Shown one piece after another: positions 18,465 to 27,813 of a stretch of DNA of 64,000 bases (position 1 is its first letter; each line of letters opens with the position of its first letter). The notes beneath the pieces are model-generated. The model was given only the letters and a program-made list of their open reading frames with translations. It had not been told where the DNA came from and did no database searches. The position numbers and the translations under genes were made by a program. Source of the DNA: Gemmatimonadota bacterium (GTDB lineage Bacteria; Gemmatimonadota; Gemmatimonadetes; Gemmatimonadales; GWC2-71-9); the NCBI GenBank assembly GCA_039589275.1, contig JBDHHP010000012.1:2573-66572 (forward strand). Direction: 5' to 3'.

Positions 18465-19253
18465 TCAGTCGCCCCTGAATTCCGGTTTCCGCTTCTCTAG
18501 GAATGCCTGAACGCCTTCCTTGTAGTCGCGCGTGTTTCCGGCCGCCGCCTGAAGTTCGCGCTCGACTTCGAGCTGCACATTTAGGTCGTTTCCCACGGAT
18601 CGATGCAATGCCTGCTTGATGAGTCCGAGTCCCTTGGTTGGCTGCGTCGCGAGATAGCGGGCGAGCTTGGTCGATTCGTCGGACAGTGAATTGGCTGGCA
18701 CGACCTTGTATATCATGCCCATCTCGAATGCCTGGTTGGCATCGACGTTGTCGCCCAACAGCGTGAGAGCCTTGGCTCGTGCCATTCCCACCAGGCGCGG
18801 CAGGAAGAAAGTGCCACCGCTGTCCGGGACCAGTCCGATCTTGCAGAACGCCTGAAGGAAAGTGGCGTTGTCAGCGGCTACCACGAGGTCACATGCCAGA
18901 GCTATGTTCGCACCGGCTCCAGCCGCCACGCCATTCACTGCGCAGACGACGGGCTTTTCCATCGACGTGATGCCACGGACAATGGGGTTGTAGGTCCGGG
19001 CTACTGCGTCTCCAAGATCAAATTCGTCCGCCCCCGGTCCCGCTGCTTCGGCGAGATCCTGGCCGGCGCAGAAAGCACGTCCCGCTCCGGTGAGCAGCAC
19101 GCAGCGCACAGCGGCAGACTGCGCCGATTCGGCGAGGGCCACCTGCACTTCTTGACCCATAGCCGCGTTGAAGCTGTTCAGTACTTCCGGCCGGTCGAGA
19201 GTGACGGTGGCGACACCCTCGGTAACATCGTAGGAAATGAATGTGTAACTCAT
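18465..19253 (-). CDS. paaG: 1,2-epoxyphenylacetyl-CoA isomerase (crotonase family)
   Basis: 262 aa, collinear with E. coli PaaG: RPEVLNSFN...LLTGAGRAFCAGQDL...AVNGVAAGAGANIALACD...YKEGVQAFLEKRKPEF. Confidence 0.9.
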   Translation of the reverse strand: MSYTFISYDVTEGVATVTLDRPEVLNSFNAAMGQEVQVALAESAQSAAVRCVLLTGAGRAFCAGQDLAEAAGPGADEFDLGDAVARTYNPIVRGITSMEKPVVCAVNGVAAGAGANIALACDLVVAADNATFLQAFCKIGLVPDSGGTFFLPRLVGMARAKALTLLGDNVDANQAFEMGMIYKVVPANSLSDESTKLARYLATQPTKGLGLIKQALHRSVGNDLNVQLEVERELQAAAGNTRDYKEGVQAFLEKRKPEFRGD

Positions 19254-19306
19254 GTTTTTCCAGCGCTACGTCGTAGTTTTACTGACTGGCGTGCCTCCCC
19301 GCCCGC

Positions 19307-19780
19307 TCAGAGGCACTTGAAGTGCTCGAACGGCTGCCGGCAGTCGTTGCAGAAGTAGAGCGATTTACACGCGGTGGAGCCGAACTCCGCTCTCAACTCC
19401 GTGTCCCCGGACTCACACGAAGGGCACTCGACACCGGCGGGGGCAACTTCGCCCTGCGAACCACGCAACGGCGGAGCGATGCCGTACTGCTTGAGCTTTG
19501 ATCTAGCCTCGTCCGTCATCCAGTCAGTGGTCCAGGCTTCGGCGAACGAGGTCTTCACTGACACGTTCTTGTAGCCCTTTTCCGCTAGCGTCTGCACGAT
19601 GCGCTGCTCGATCACGTGCATAGCGGGACAGCCGGAGTAGGTGGGTGTAATCACGACCTGGACGCTGTCTGCCACGAGTTCAACATCGCGCACGATCCCC
19701 ATCTCGACCACGTTGAGCACGGGCACCTCGGGGTCCTGCACCTGGGTCAGGTGAGCGAAGATCTCGTCGCGAGCCGTCAT
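19307..19780 (-). CDS. paaD: 1,2-phenylacetyl-CoA epoxidase subunit D
   Basis: Motifs DPEVPVLNVVEMGIVRDV and a C-terminal Cys cluster (CPSC...CKSLYFCNDCRQPFEHFKCL). Start is ambiguous: ATG 19780 was chosen over GTG 19813. Confidence 0.85.
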   Translation of the reverse strand: MTARDEIFAHLTQVQDPEVPVLNVVEMGIVRDVELVADSVQVVITPTYSGCPAMHVIEQRIVQTLAEKGYKNVSVKTSFAEAWTTDWMTDEARSKLKQYGIAPPLRGSQGEVAPAGVECPSCESGDTELRAEFGSTACKSLYFCNDCRQPFEHFKCL

Positions 19781-19799
19781 CGCCAAGACTCGGGCCTGT

Positions 19800-20570
19800 C
19801 TACCAAGTCGCACCAGGGTGTGACCGCGGCAGAACCTGCATCTGTGCTAGCATGTGACCGAGGTGCTCGGTGTGCCTACCGAATCGGCCCCCCGTGATCA
19901 TGTATTGATCCTGCGGAACCGTCAGAGTGGCTTCCTCCATTGCATCAGTGACGCTCTTGCGCCATACCGATTCAGGCCTGGGCTGCTCAGGAATCACGCC
20001 CTCTGCGATCAAGGCGTCTTCCGGATCATTTGCCTCGAACAGCTCGCCCGTGTACATCCACAGGTCATCGATGGCCTGCTGCAGCCGCCGGTGACTTTCC
20101 TCGGTTCCGTCGCCCAGGCGCAGCACCCACTGATGGCTATGCCTCAGGTGATAGCGTGACTCCTTGAGCGCTTTGGCTGCGATCCCGGCGAGTTCAGCAT
20201 GTGAGGACTGCTGCAGCACCTTCAACTGGTTCACGGCGAAACTGGAAAAGAGGAACTGACGAGCAATTGTGAAACCGAAGTCACCCTTCGGCAGCTCGAC
20301 AATCGTCAGGTTGCGGTAGTCCATCTCATCACGGGAGTATGTGAGATCGTCCGCGCTGCGGCCTCTGCTCTCGGTCTCGCCCGCGAGGCTCAACAGGTTG
20401 TTTGCCTGGCCGATGCAATCGAGAGCCATATTGGCGAGTGCGATGTCTTCCTCGAGTATCGGCGCGTGGCCACACCACTCGGACAGCCGATGACCCAGTA
20501 CCAGTCGATCGTCTCCGAGTTGCAGCAGGTATTCGAACAGGGCCCTGTCGGCTGTGGTATCAGATTTCAC
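19800..20570 (-). CDS. paaC: 1,2-phenylacetyl-CoA epoxidase subunit C
   Basis: LGDDRLVLGHRLSEWCGHAPILEEDIALANMALDCIGQ is collinear with E. coli PaaC. GTG 20570 was chosen (11-nt overlap with paaB). The 57 upstream codons of ORF 19800..20741 are read-through. Confidence 0.85.
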   Translation of the reverse strand: MKSDTTADRALFEYLLQLGDDRLVLGHRLSEWCGHAPILEEDIALANMALDCIGQANNLLSLAGETESRGRSADDLTYSRDEMDYRNLTIVELPKGDFGFTIARQFLFSSFAVNQLKVLQQSSHAELAGIAAKALKESRYHLRHSHQWVLRLGDGTEESHRRLQQAIDDLWMYTGELFEANDPEDALIAEGVIPEQPRPESVWRKSVTDAMEEATLTVPQDQYMITGGRFGRHTEHLGHMLAQMQVLPRSHPGATW

Positions 20571-20886
20571 CTTCGCGCTCGCTGATCTGCTTGATTGCGC
20601 GGGGGACCTTGTAGAACTGCGGGTGCCTATAGACCTTGTCGGCAGTTGGCCCGAAGAACGACGGATTGTCGTCGGGAGTCGACGCCACGATGTGCTGCGA
20701 TTGCACCACCCAGATACTCGTGGCTTTGCCACGCCGCGCATATACGTCGCGAGCGTTCTGCAGCGCCATCTCGCCGTCTGGGGCGTGGAGGCTGCCGGCG
20801 TGTTCGTGGGGCGCGCCGGTCTTCTCCTGCACGAAGACCTCCCAAATGGGCCATTGGTTGTCCGAGCCGGCTTGGTCTTGCTGCAT
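20560..20886 (-). CDS. paaB: 1,2-phenylacetyl-CoA epoxidase subunit B
   Basis: WPIWEVFVQEKTGAPHEHAGSLHAPDGEMALQNARDVYARR...KVYRHPQFY matches PaaB. Start at ATG 20886. Confidence 0.88.
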   Translation of the reverse strand: MQQDQAGSDNQWPIWEVFVQEKTGAPHEHAGSLHAPDGEMALQNARDVYARRGKATSIWVVQSQHIVASTPDDNPSFFGPTADKVYRHPQFYKVPRAIKQISEREGEI

Positions 20887-20896
20887 CAATCGTCTT

Positions 20897-21865
20897 TCAA
20901 CTCGCCCTAACGACAGTGCTGTGCTTCTCCGCAAATGCATCTGCGGCCTCGCGCACCCAAGCGCCATCTTCGTGCGCTTTGCGGCGCGCGCGCATGCGCT
21001 CGCGATTGCACGGTCCGTCGCCCTTGATCACGCGGTAGAACTCATCCCAATCGATCTTACCGAAACTGTAATCGCCGGTCTCCTCGTTCAACTTCAGCTC
21101 CGGATCGGGGAGACTGAGGTTGATGGTCTCCGCCTGCTTCGCTGTCAGGTTGACGAATCGCTGACGTAGAGCGTCGTTGCTCTGCAGCTTCACCTTCCAC
21201 TTCAGGAGTTCGCCCGAATTTGGCGAATTAGCATCGTGCGGCCCGAACATCATGAGTGTCGGCCACCACCACCTGTCAACGGCGTCTTGCACCATTCGGC
21301 GCTGTTCGGGTGTGCCGCTCGCCATCGTGGCCACGATCTCGTAGCCCTGTTGCTTGTGAAAGTTCTCTTCTTTGCAGATGCGCAGTAGAGAGCGTGCGTA
21401 CGGTCCGTAGGACCCCTTGGCCAGCATGGTCTGGTTCACGATTGCCGCGCCGTCCACGAACCAACCGATCACACCGATGTCAGCCCAGGTTAGAGAGGGG
21501 TAGTTGAAGATGCTGGCGTACTTCGCGGTGCCGTACAAGAGCTGATCGATCAGCTCCGATCGATCGACACCGAGCGTTTCGGCTGCGCAATAGAGATACA
21601 GGCCGTGACCAGCCTCATCCTGGACCTTGGCTAACAACGCCATCTTGCGACGCAGAGTCGGCGCTCGCGTGATCCAGTTTCCTTCCGGCAGCATGCCTAC
21701 AATCTCAGAGTGCGCGTGCTGCGAGATCATTCGCACGAGCTGCGATCGATAACGCTCGGGCATCCAGTCCTTCGGTTCGATCGACTCGCCGCCGGCGATC
21801 TTCGCCTCGAACCGATGGAGCTTAGCTACCTCATCGGGATTGTCGTATCGTCGGGTGTTTTTCAT
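20897..21865 (-). CDS. paaA: 1,2-phenylacetyl-CoA epoxidase catalytic subunit A (di-iron)
   Basis: 322 aa with ferritin-like di-iron motifs: QHAHSEIVG and DEAGHGLY. Confidence 0.92.
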   Translation of the reverse strand: MKNTRRYDNPDEVAKLHRFEAKIAGGESIEPKDWMPERYRSQLVRMISQHAHSEIVGMLPEGNWITRAPTLRRKMALLAKVQDEAGHGLYLYCAAETLGVDRSELIDQLLYGTAKYASIFNYPSLTWADIGVIGWFVDGAAIVNQTMLAKGSYGPYARSLLRICKEENFHKQQGYEIVATMASGTPEQRRMVQDAVDRWWWPTLMMFGPHDANSPNSGELLKWKVKLQSNDALRQRFVNLTAKQAETINLSLPDPELKLNEETGDYSFGKIDWDEFYRVIKGDGPCNRERMRARRKAHEDGAWVREAADAFAEKHSTVVRAS

Positions 21866-21979
21866 GAGCCATGCACTATATCCCCGCGTGTTTGGCTGCG
21901 CAACGGGCGCGCTCTACGGGCGGTGCCAGTATCCGGGCACTTGACTGTCGGTAGGCTCGGTCACAGTCTTGATCCTCCT

Positions 21980-24055
21980 ATGAGCGACAACGGTCTCCCC
22001 ACAGCACTGGAATGCCCGATCAACTGGCCGGAAGTGGCCAGGATGATCCTGCTCTCACGCCAAATCGACGAGCTGGAGATGGGCAAACTCACTCCTGAGG
22101 GCAAGATCCTGTACCAGTTCTCGTCCTCGGGCCATGAGCTGGCCGAGGTGTTACCCGGTTTGGCTTTGGACCACCCGCATGACGCCGCCGCGGTCTACTA
22201 CAGGTCACGGCCGTTCATGCTTGCGAGCGGTATGACGCCCGCCGAGGCGCTGGCGGCCGGTATGGCACGGGGCGGGCTGCCAAGCGACGGGCGCGACGTT
22301 GGCGTCTGCTACAGCCTGCCGCGCCGTTCGCGAGCGCTGGTGCTGCCAATGTCGGGTGGGGTGGGAGCGCAGTACACGCCAGCCGTCGGCTGGGCGCAGG
22401 CGATCACCTATCGCCAGAGAGTCTTGCGAGAAAAGGAGTGGTCAGGCGCGATCGCCATTGCGGTGGGAGGTGACGGCAGTGTTGCCACCAACGGATTCTG
22501 GTCCGCACTGAACATAGCGACAACCCAGAAGCTACCGCTGTTGCTTCTGATAGTGGACAACGCGTTCGGACTATCGGTACCGTCCGACTTCCAGACTCCC
22601 AATGGTGACATCGCTGCCAATCTGGCCAGTTACGGCAATCTGAGGGTCACGAGCGGAGACGGCACTGATCCGCCGGAGGCGTGGCGGCTGGTGTGCGAGG
22701 CCATTGCCCACGTGCGCTCCGGGGAAGGACCCGGCTTGCTGCGTCTATGTGTGCCCAGAATCGCCGGCCACACCTACGTGGATGACCAGTCGTACAAAGC
22801 GCCGGAGGTCCGCGCGGACGACGCTGGGCGCGATCCGGTGCCTCGCATGCGCGGTCACCTCATGTCACTGGGATTCACGGAGCAGGATTGGGATCAGCTG
22901 GTGGATGCGGTGACCGCAGAGCTGCGCGATGCGTTGGCCGAGGCTGAGTCATGGTCAGATCCAGAGCCGGAGGATGTGCAGAGTCATCTGTTCTACGGCG
23001 GGATGGCGCCGGAGCAGGGCGGCTTGCGGTCCGAGGGAGCGGCGATTCCGCTGGGCCCGAATGCTCCTGAGCCAAGCGGCCCCCGTATCAACTTCCTCGA
23101 CGCAGTGCGGCGGGCGCTGACAGCCGAGATGAAACTCAACTCCCGCATCCTCGTGTTCGGCGAAGATGTGGGGGCCAAGGGCGGGGTCCACGGTGCCACG
23201 CTCGACATGCAGTCGGAATTCGGTACTGATCGCGTGTTCGATACGTCACTGTCCGAAGAGGGGATCATCGGTAGAGCAGCTGGAATGGCCTTCGCGTCGC
23301 TGCTACCGGTTCCCGAGATCCAGTTCCGCAAGTATGCAGAACCAGCCCAAGAGCAGCTTTCGGACTTGGGGACCGTGCGGTGGCGCACAGGAGGGCGGTT
23401 TGCGGCCCCGGTAGTGGTTCGCATGCCGGTTGGGTTCGGCAAGACCACCGGCGATCCATGGCACAGCGTGACCGGCGAGGCCATCTTCGCGCACATGACC
23501 GGTTGGCGCATTGCGTTTCCATCCAATGCCGCTGATGCCGTCGGGCTGCTGCGCACCGCGTTGCGGGGAGATGATCCCACTTTCTTCCTGGAGCACAGGG
23601 CGCTATTGGATAGCTCTTTGGGTCGTCGGCCGTACCCCGGCGACGATTATTGTCTGCCGTTCGGTCGCGCGGCTTCCGTGACTGAGGGTGACGAACTCGC
23701 CGTGGTGAGTTGGGGAGCGATGGTGCACCGATGCGTCGAAGCGGCGGAGCGTTTCTCGGGTAAGGTGGCCGTCATAGACCTGCGGACAATCGTTCCGTGG
23801 GATCAGGAGACCGTTCTGTCCAGTGTTCGCAAGACCGGAAAGGTGCTTGTGGTCCACGAGGACTCAGTCACGGCGGGATTTGCCGGCGAGATCCTGGCGG
23901 TGATCGGCGATCAGGCGTTCGAGTTCCTGGACGCACCCCTCAGCAGGTTGGCCGTGCCCGATATCCCAATCGCGTACAACCGGTGGCCGACTGCAGATCC
24001 AGCCGCTGTAAGACGCCGAGGTGGTTCACGACGGGGGCTGTTTCGAGCTTGGTGA
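21980..24055 (+). CDS. TPP-dependent 2-oxoacid dehydrogenase E1 component, fused alpha+beta subunits; C-terminal ~25 codons look non-native
   Basis: Start at ATG 21980 (MSDNGLPTALE...). TPP motif GGDGSVATNGFWSALNIATTQKLPLLLLIVDNAFG. The beta half (INFLDAV...FGEDVG...) runs to DIPIAYNR, after which the tail has low GC3 and is Arg-rich. Confidence 0.85.
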   Translation: MSDNGLPTALECPINWPEVARMILLSRQIDELEMGKLTPEGKILYQFSSSGHELAEVLPGLALDHPHDAAAVYYRSRPFMLASGMTPAEALAAGMARGGLPSDGRDVGVCYSLPRRSRALVLPMSGGVGAQYTPAVGWAQAITYRQRVLREKEWSGAIAIAVGGDGSVATNGFWSALNIATTQKLPLLLLIVDNAFGLSVPSDFQTPNGDIAANLASYGNLRVTSGDGTDPPEAWRLVCEAIAHVRSGEGPGLLRLCVPRIAGHTYVDDQSYKAPEVRADDAGRDPVPRMRGHLMSLGFTEQDWDQLVDAVTAELRDALAEAESWSDPEPEDVQSHLFYGGMAPEQGGLRSEGAAIPLGPNAPEPSGPRINFLDAVRRALTAEMKLNSRILVFGEDVGAKGGVHGATLDMQSEFGTDRVFDTSLSEEGIIGRAAGMAFASLLPVPEIQFRKYAEPAQEQLSDLGTVRWRTGGRFAAPVVVRMPVGFGKTTGDPWHSVTGEAIFAHMTGWRIAFPSNAADAVGLLRTALRGDDPTFFLEHRALLDSSLGRRPYPGDDYCLPFGRAASVTEGDELAVVSWGAMVHRCVEAAERFSGKVAVIDLRTIVPWDQETVLSSVRKTGKVLVVHEDSVTAGFAGEILAVIGDQAFEFLDAPLSRLAVPDIPIAYNRWPTADPAAVRRRGGSRRGLFRAW

Positions 24056-24650
24056 GTCTGGCGATTTGGTCCGCCATACGCATCGCCGATTTGTTGATTA
24101 CCCCCACCGATTCGCGCTGATCCTCGCTGAGAGTCTCGCTATCAGCCACTAGCAGTTGGCTCTCCGCGACTACGGCAGTGAGCGCGTTGTTGATCTCGTG
24201 CTCGATCGCGAGAGCCAGTTGCCCGATGGCAGCCATCCGCTCGTTTTCGATTGCCTTTCGGTAGTGCTCATGGAGGTCGTCGGAGAGCCGGCCCACACTG
24301 ATTGCGATGGCGCCGTACGCCATGTATATCGGGACGGTGACGCGCCAGTCGTCTGGAGTGAAGTTGAGCGCCACTACCATTTGAACGACTATGAACAACG
24401 CGGTTCCCATGACCACGGCGGCGAATGCCCCGCGGAGACCGTAGTGCACGGACAGCATGAAAGCTGGCACCAGCGTCACCAGCCAGATGAGTTCGTCGGT
24501 CTTTGCTGGATCCTCGGGGAACCCTACCTGCACTGCCACCGGCATCAGATATGCAACTGCGGAGTAGATCCAGAATCGCTGGGACAGTGGTGGGCGGTGT
24601 GCCAGAGGTTCGAATCCCAGGCTATGCAGGATTCGCCGCATTGTCGCCAT
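23940..24650 (-). CDS. Membrane sensor histidine-kinase fragment (about 4 TM helices plus DHp/H-box, no HATPase domain), probably 3-prime truncated
   Basis: H-box: MAAIGQLALAIEHEINNALTAV. There is no N/G1/G2 box. The last 13 codons have low GC3, and the gene overlaps the convergent E1 gene by 116 nt. Confidence 0.55.
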   Translation of the reverse strand: MATMRRILHSLGFEPLAHRPPLSQRFWIYSAVAYLMPVAVQVGFPEDPAKTDELIWLVTLVPAFMLSVHYGLRGAFAAVVMGTALFIVVQMVVALNFTPDDWRVTVPIYMAYGAIAISVGRLSDDLHEHYRKAIENERMAAIGQLALAIEHEINNALTAVVAESQLLVADSETLSEDQRESVGVINKSAMRMADQIARLTKLETAPVVNHLGVLQRLDLQSATGCTRLGYRARPTC

Positions 24651-24735
24651 TGACGACCTCCGTCGTACTGCTCATGTGTCCAAGGTTGTACCCCATCCCA
24701 GGGCACGCTAAACGTGCCATGGGTGGGTCTTCAGG

Positions 24736-26636
24736 CTACTGATCCAGCGCGTCCCTTATCCGCCGAACGAGTTCTGTGACTGTCCATGGCTTGTATATGA
24801 AGCGCGCCTTGGGGTCGATCCGGCCACTCATTGAGAGATGTTTGGCAGCGTGTCCGCTCATGAATACGAACTTCGTTGCTGGGGACTCAGCTTGAACTGC
24901 CTCGTAGAGTTCCGCACCGCCCAATCTCGGCATCACGACGTCCGAAAGCACTAGAGCTATCTCGGACCTTTGGTCTCGGAAGACCTCCAGTCCCTCCTGG
25001 CCATCCTCCGCCGTGAGCACGGTGTAACCGCTCCGTTCCAGCACCCGCTTCGCCGCACGCCTAATGGGGGCCTCATCCTCTGCAACCAGAATCGTTTCCG
25101 TGCCGCCAAACTCGTCTGGTTTCTGCCTGTCTGAAGCTGGCGTTTCCGACCGCGGTGCCTGCTCACTCGTAATCGGGAAATAGAGCTTGATGGTCGATCC
25201 TTCTCCCAACTCACTGTAGATGTGAACGAATCCTCGAAGTTGCTTAACCAGGCCGTAGATCATCGACATGCCAAGCCCCGTTCCCTGCCCAGGTGGCTTA
25301 GTAGTGAAGAACGGATCGAACAGCCGCTGCTTCGTTGTATCGTCCATGCCTTCGCCGGTGTCGCTTACCATGAGGCAAGCATATTCGCCCGGGCGTTGGT
25401 CGCGAGATTGAACAGTATCTGCTCGACGGCATGCCGATCGGCGGAAATCGCGCCGACCAGTTCTGCGGGGTGAATTTCGATTTCGACGTTCTCAGGCAGC
25501 AGACGTCGCAATGTCGACGAGAGCCCGCCGACGAACTGTGTCAAATCGAGTGGTTCCAGCGACAAGTCCTCGGTGCGGCTGAACGCCATTAGCTTCTTGA
25601 TGAGTTTCGTCCCGCTCAGCGTCGCCATCTGCGCCTCACCCAATTCGGTCGCTAGCTGGTCGGAGCCGGCGGGAAGTTCGTGCGCCATGAGGCCCAAGTT
25701 GGCCTGAATCACAGTGAGAATGTTGTTGAAGTCGTGCGCGATCCCTCCCGTCAACTGCCAGAGCGCCTCCATCTTTTGCGCCTGTTTGAGTTGAGCCGCC
25801 ACCTGCAACCGTTCGGTGACGTCCTCTGCGATGAACTCGAAGCCTTGAGGATCGCCCTCCGGACTTGGCACGGCGCGCCCGCTCAAACGCACAGTGATTT
25901 GGCTCCCATTCTTGGTGACCCACTCGACTTCGAGCCCCTCGATCCGGTCGGCTTCTCGCAATCGATCGATCAGGCTGGTGAACCCCCCGCGGTCCAGGAA
26001 GACATCGTTGGCGAAATCAACGGCCAGCAACTCATCAGTCGATCCGTGGCCGAGTATCTTCGCCAGCGCCGGGTTGACTGCGACGAACTTGCCGTCGGCT
26101 GTTGATCGCCAGATTCCGTAGGTAGCGTGTTCGACCAGGGCGCCATACTCAGCTTCCGACCGCTGTAAGGCCTCTTCGGCGGATCTCAGCTGGCTGATGT
26201 CTTCACAGGTCGTCACAAGGCCAAGTGGCTCACCTGCCTCATCGGTTACTACATCCGACCTGAGCAAGACCGGAAAAACACTGCCGTCTTTCCTGGCGTT
26301 GACGCTCTCGCGTTTCCAGCTAGACAGATCTCTGAGCTGTTGAACTGTGAGTGGCTTGCGGCGTCCGGCTGGTGCGAGGATCCCTACGTCTCTTCCCATC
26401 AGCTCGTCGACCGAGCGGTTGTGCATTTTCGCGTCGGCGTCATTGACGTAGACGATTCGCCCGCCCACATCCGTGATGGTGACTCCGAGCTGCATGGTAT
26501 CGAGGCCTTTTTCCAACCCTCGAAGCACGTCCTCGATGGCGTTGCGCTTGGCCTCGACTTCACGCAACGCCGCTAGCTCGGCGCGCAGAGCCTTCAACTC
26601 CTGCTCGAGCTGCTGTCGGTTCTTCTCAGTGGTCAT
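24736..26636 (-). pseudogene. Hybrid sensor histidine kinase (coiled coil, 2 PAS, HisKA, HATPase, receiver) disrupted by a frameshifting internal deletion in the ATPase domain
   Basis: ORF 25365..26636 ends just after the N-box (EQILFNLATNAR-ANMLASW*). ORF 24736..25371 begins at the G1 box (VSDTGEGM) and continues with G2 (GTGLGMSMIYG) and a receiver domain (ILVAEDE...LSDVVMP...KPW). In its frame the upstream sequence reads PGEYACLMVSDTG. Confidence 0.6.
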
Positions 26637-26869
26637 GTGACGGTCTCCGACAGACTTTGCCCGCGCCCGGTTGACCTGGAGTTACCAGTCGCGCGGGAGT
26701 CGAGCTGGCACCTGCGAGATGCAGAGGGTGGCAGGCGCAGCGATACTGCGCTTGACACAGTAGGGAATTGCCGCTAGCGGAGCAAGTGTTCTGTGGTTGA
26801 TGTCGTCCAGCTATCGCCCAAGTGAGTGACGCTGGGAGAATCGTTATCCGGGGCGTCGCGGTGATGTGA

Positions 26870-27418
26870 TCACTGTTGCTTCAGCTTGTCCATGAATTGC
26901 TTGCGCAACTTTGCTACTTTTGGTGCTATCACTGCCTGGCAGTACGGTTGATTGGGATTGCGCTCGTAGTAGTCGTTGTGGTAGTCCTCAGCCGGATAGA
27001 ATGTATCGAGCGGCACGAGTTCGGTCACAATCGGATCATCCCACACTCCCGACTCTGTCAAGCTGGCGATCACCTCCTCTGCCACGACTTGCTGTTCCTC
27101 GGAGTGGTAGAAGATCGCGGAGCGGTATTGCGATCCCACATCGGCGCCCTGTCGATTGAGCGTGGTTGGATCGTGCATTGTGAAGAAGACGCTCAGCAGA
27201 TCCCCATATGAGATAGCTGCAGGGTCAAACGTGATCTGCACGACTTCCGCGTGGCCGGTGCCGCCTGCGCACACCAACTCGTATGATGGATCGGGCACGT
27301 TTCCTCCGGCATATCCGGACACGGCACTCTCCACTCCCTTCAGCTGGCTGAACGCCGCTTCGAGACACCAGAAACACCCGCCAGCTAGAGTTGCCGCCTG
27401 AGCGTGGTCTGAGGGCAT
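26870..27418 (-). CDS. msrA: Peptide-methionine (S)-S-oxide reductase
   Basis: GGCFWCLEAAF active site and GHAEVVQITFDP. Start at ATG 27418. Confidence 0.93.
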   Translation of the reverse strand: MPSDHAQAATLAGGCFWCLEAAFSQLKGVESAVSGYAGGNVPDPSYELVCAGGTGHAEVVQITFDPAAISYGDLLSVFFTMHDPTTLNRQGADVGSQYRSAIFYHSEEQQVVAEEVIASLTESGVWDDPIVTELVPLDTFYPAEDYHNDYYERNPNQPYCQAVIAPKVAKLRKQFMDKLKQQ

Positions 27419-27758
27419 CGATTGCTCCGTTTTGTTGGTTGCTAGCACTGCTGATACAACAACCGCGCTGTCAGGCCTGTTCCGGTGGCATGCGGATGTG
27501 TCCAATATGACCCACAGTTCCAGATATTCACGTCGGTTGCGGCCCAGGCACGACGATCCTGCGTCGCATCCGGGACTAGCTCGACCAAGTCAGGAGGGAA
27601 CGGGACGTAATAGCCCATGGTTGCCGCAATCACCTAATCGCTTGTAGGACAATAAATTACGCAGCAAGTGCGGTAGTCGTTGGGCACGCCACAACTAGTG
27701 CGAACCAGTAAAAACAATATAGATTATATGCATATCTGATATATTGATCTGACACGGT

Positions 27759-27778
27759 CGCTGTTCACCATAACAGCG
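27759..27778 (+). promoter_or_regulatory. Small hairpin in the leader of the ABC transporter operon
   Basis: CGCTGTT (27759-27765) pairs with AACAGCG (27772-27778), 6-nt loop, 36 nt upstream of ATG 27814. An AT-rich tract containing the 10-bp palindrome ATATGCATAT (27726-27735) lies just upstream. Confidence 0.25.
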
Positions 27779-27813
27779 GGTTACGAGGGACTTCTTGGTC
27801 GGGGAGTGCGCCG

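Noticed and set aside
21710-21979. N-terminal 90-codon extension of the E1 ORF (similar extensions occur at 2809-3123, 6641-6733, 20571-20741, 20887-20967, 36057-36176, 37568-37768, 44588-44809 and 61527-61697)
   Set aside because: These extensions overlap neighbouring genes or intergenic DNA, are Arg/Pro-rich, and precede an internal start that gives a family-typical N-terminus or signal peptide.
24697-24723. 11-bp (one mismatch) hairpin after the hybrid-kinase stop, as a terminator
   Set aside because: It is plausible but lacks a U-tract on the minus strand and sits beside two apparently decayed genes. Confidence is too low to list as a feature.
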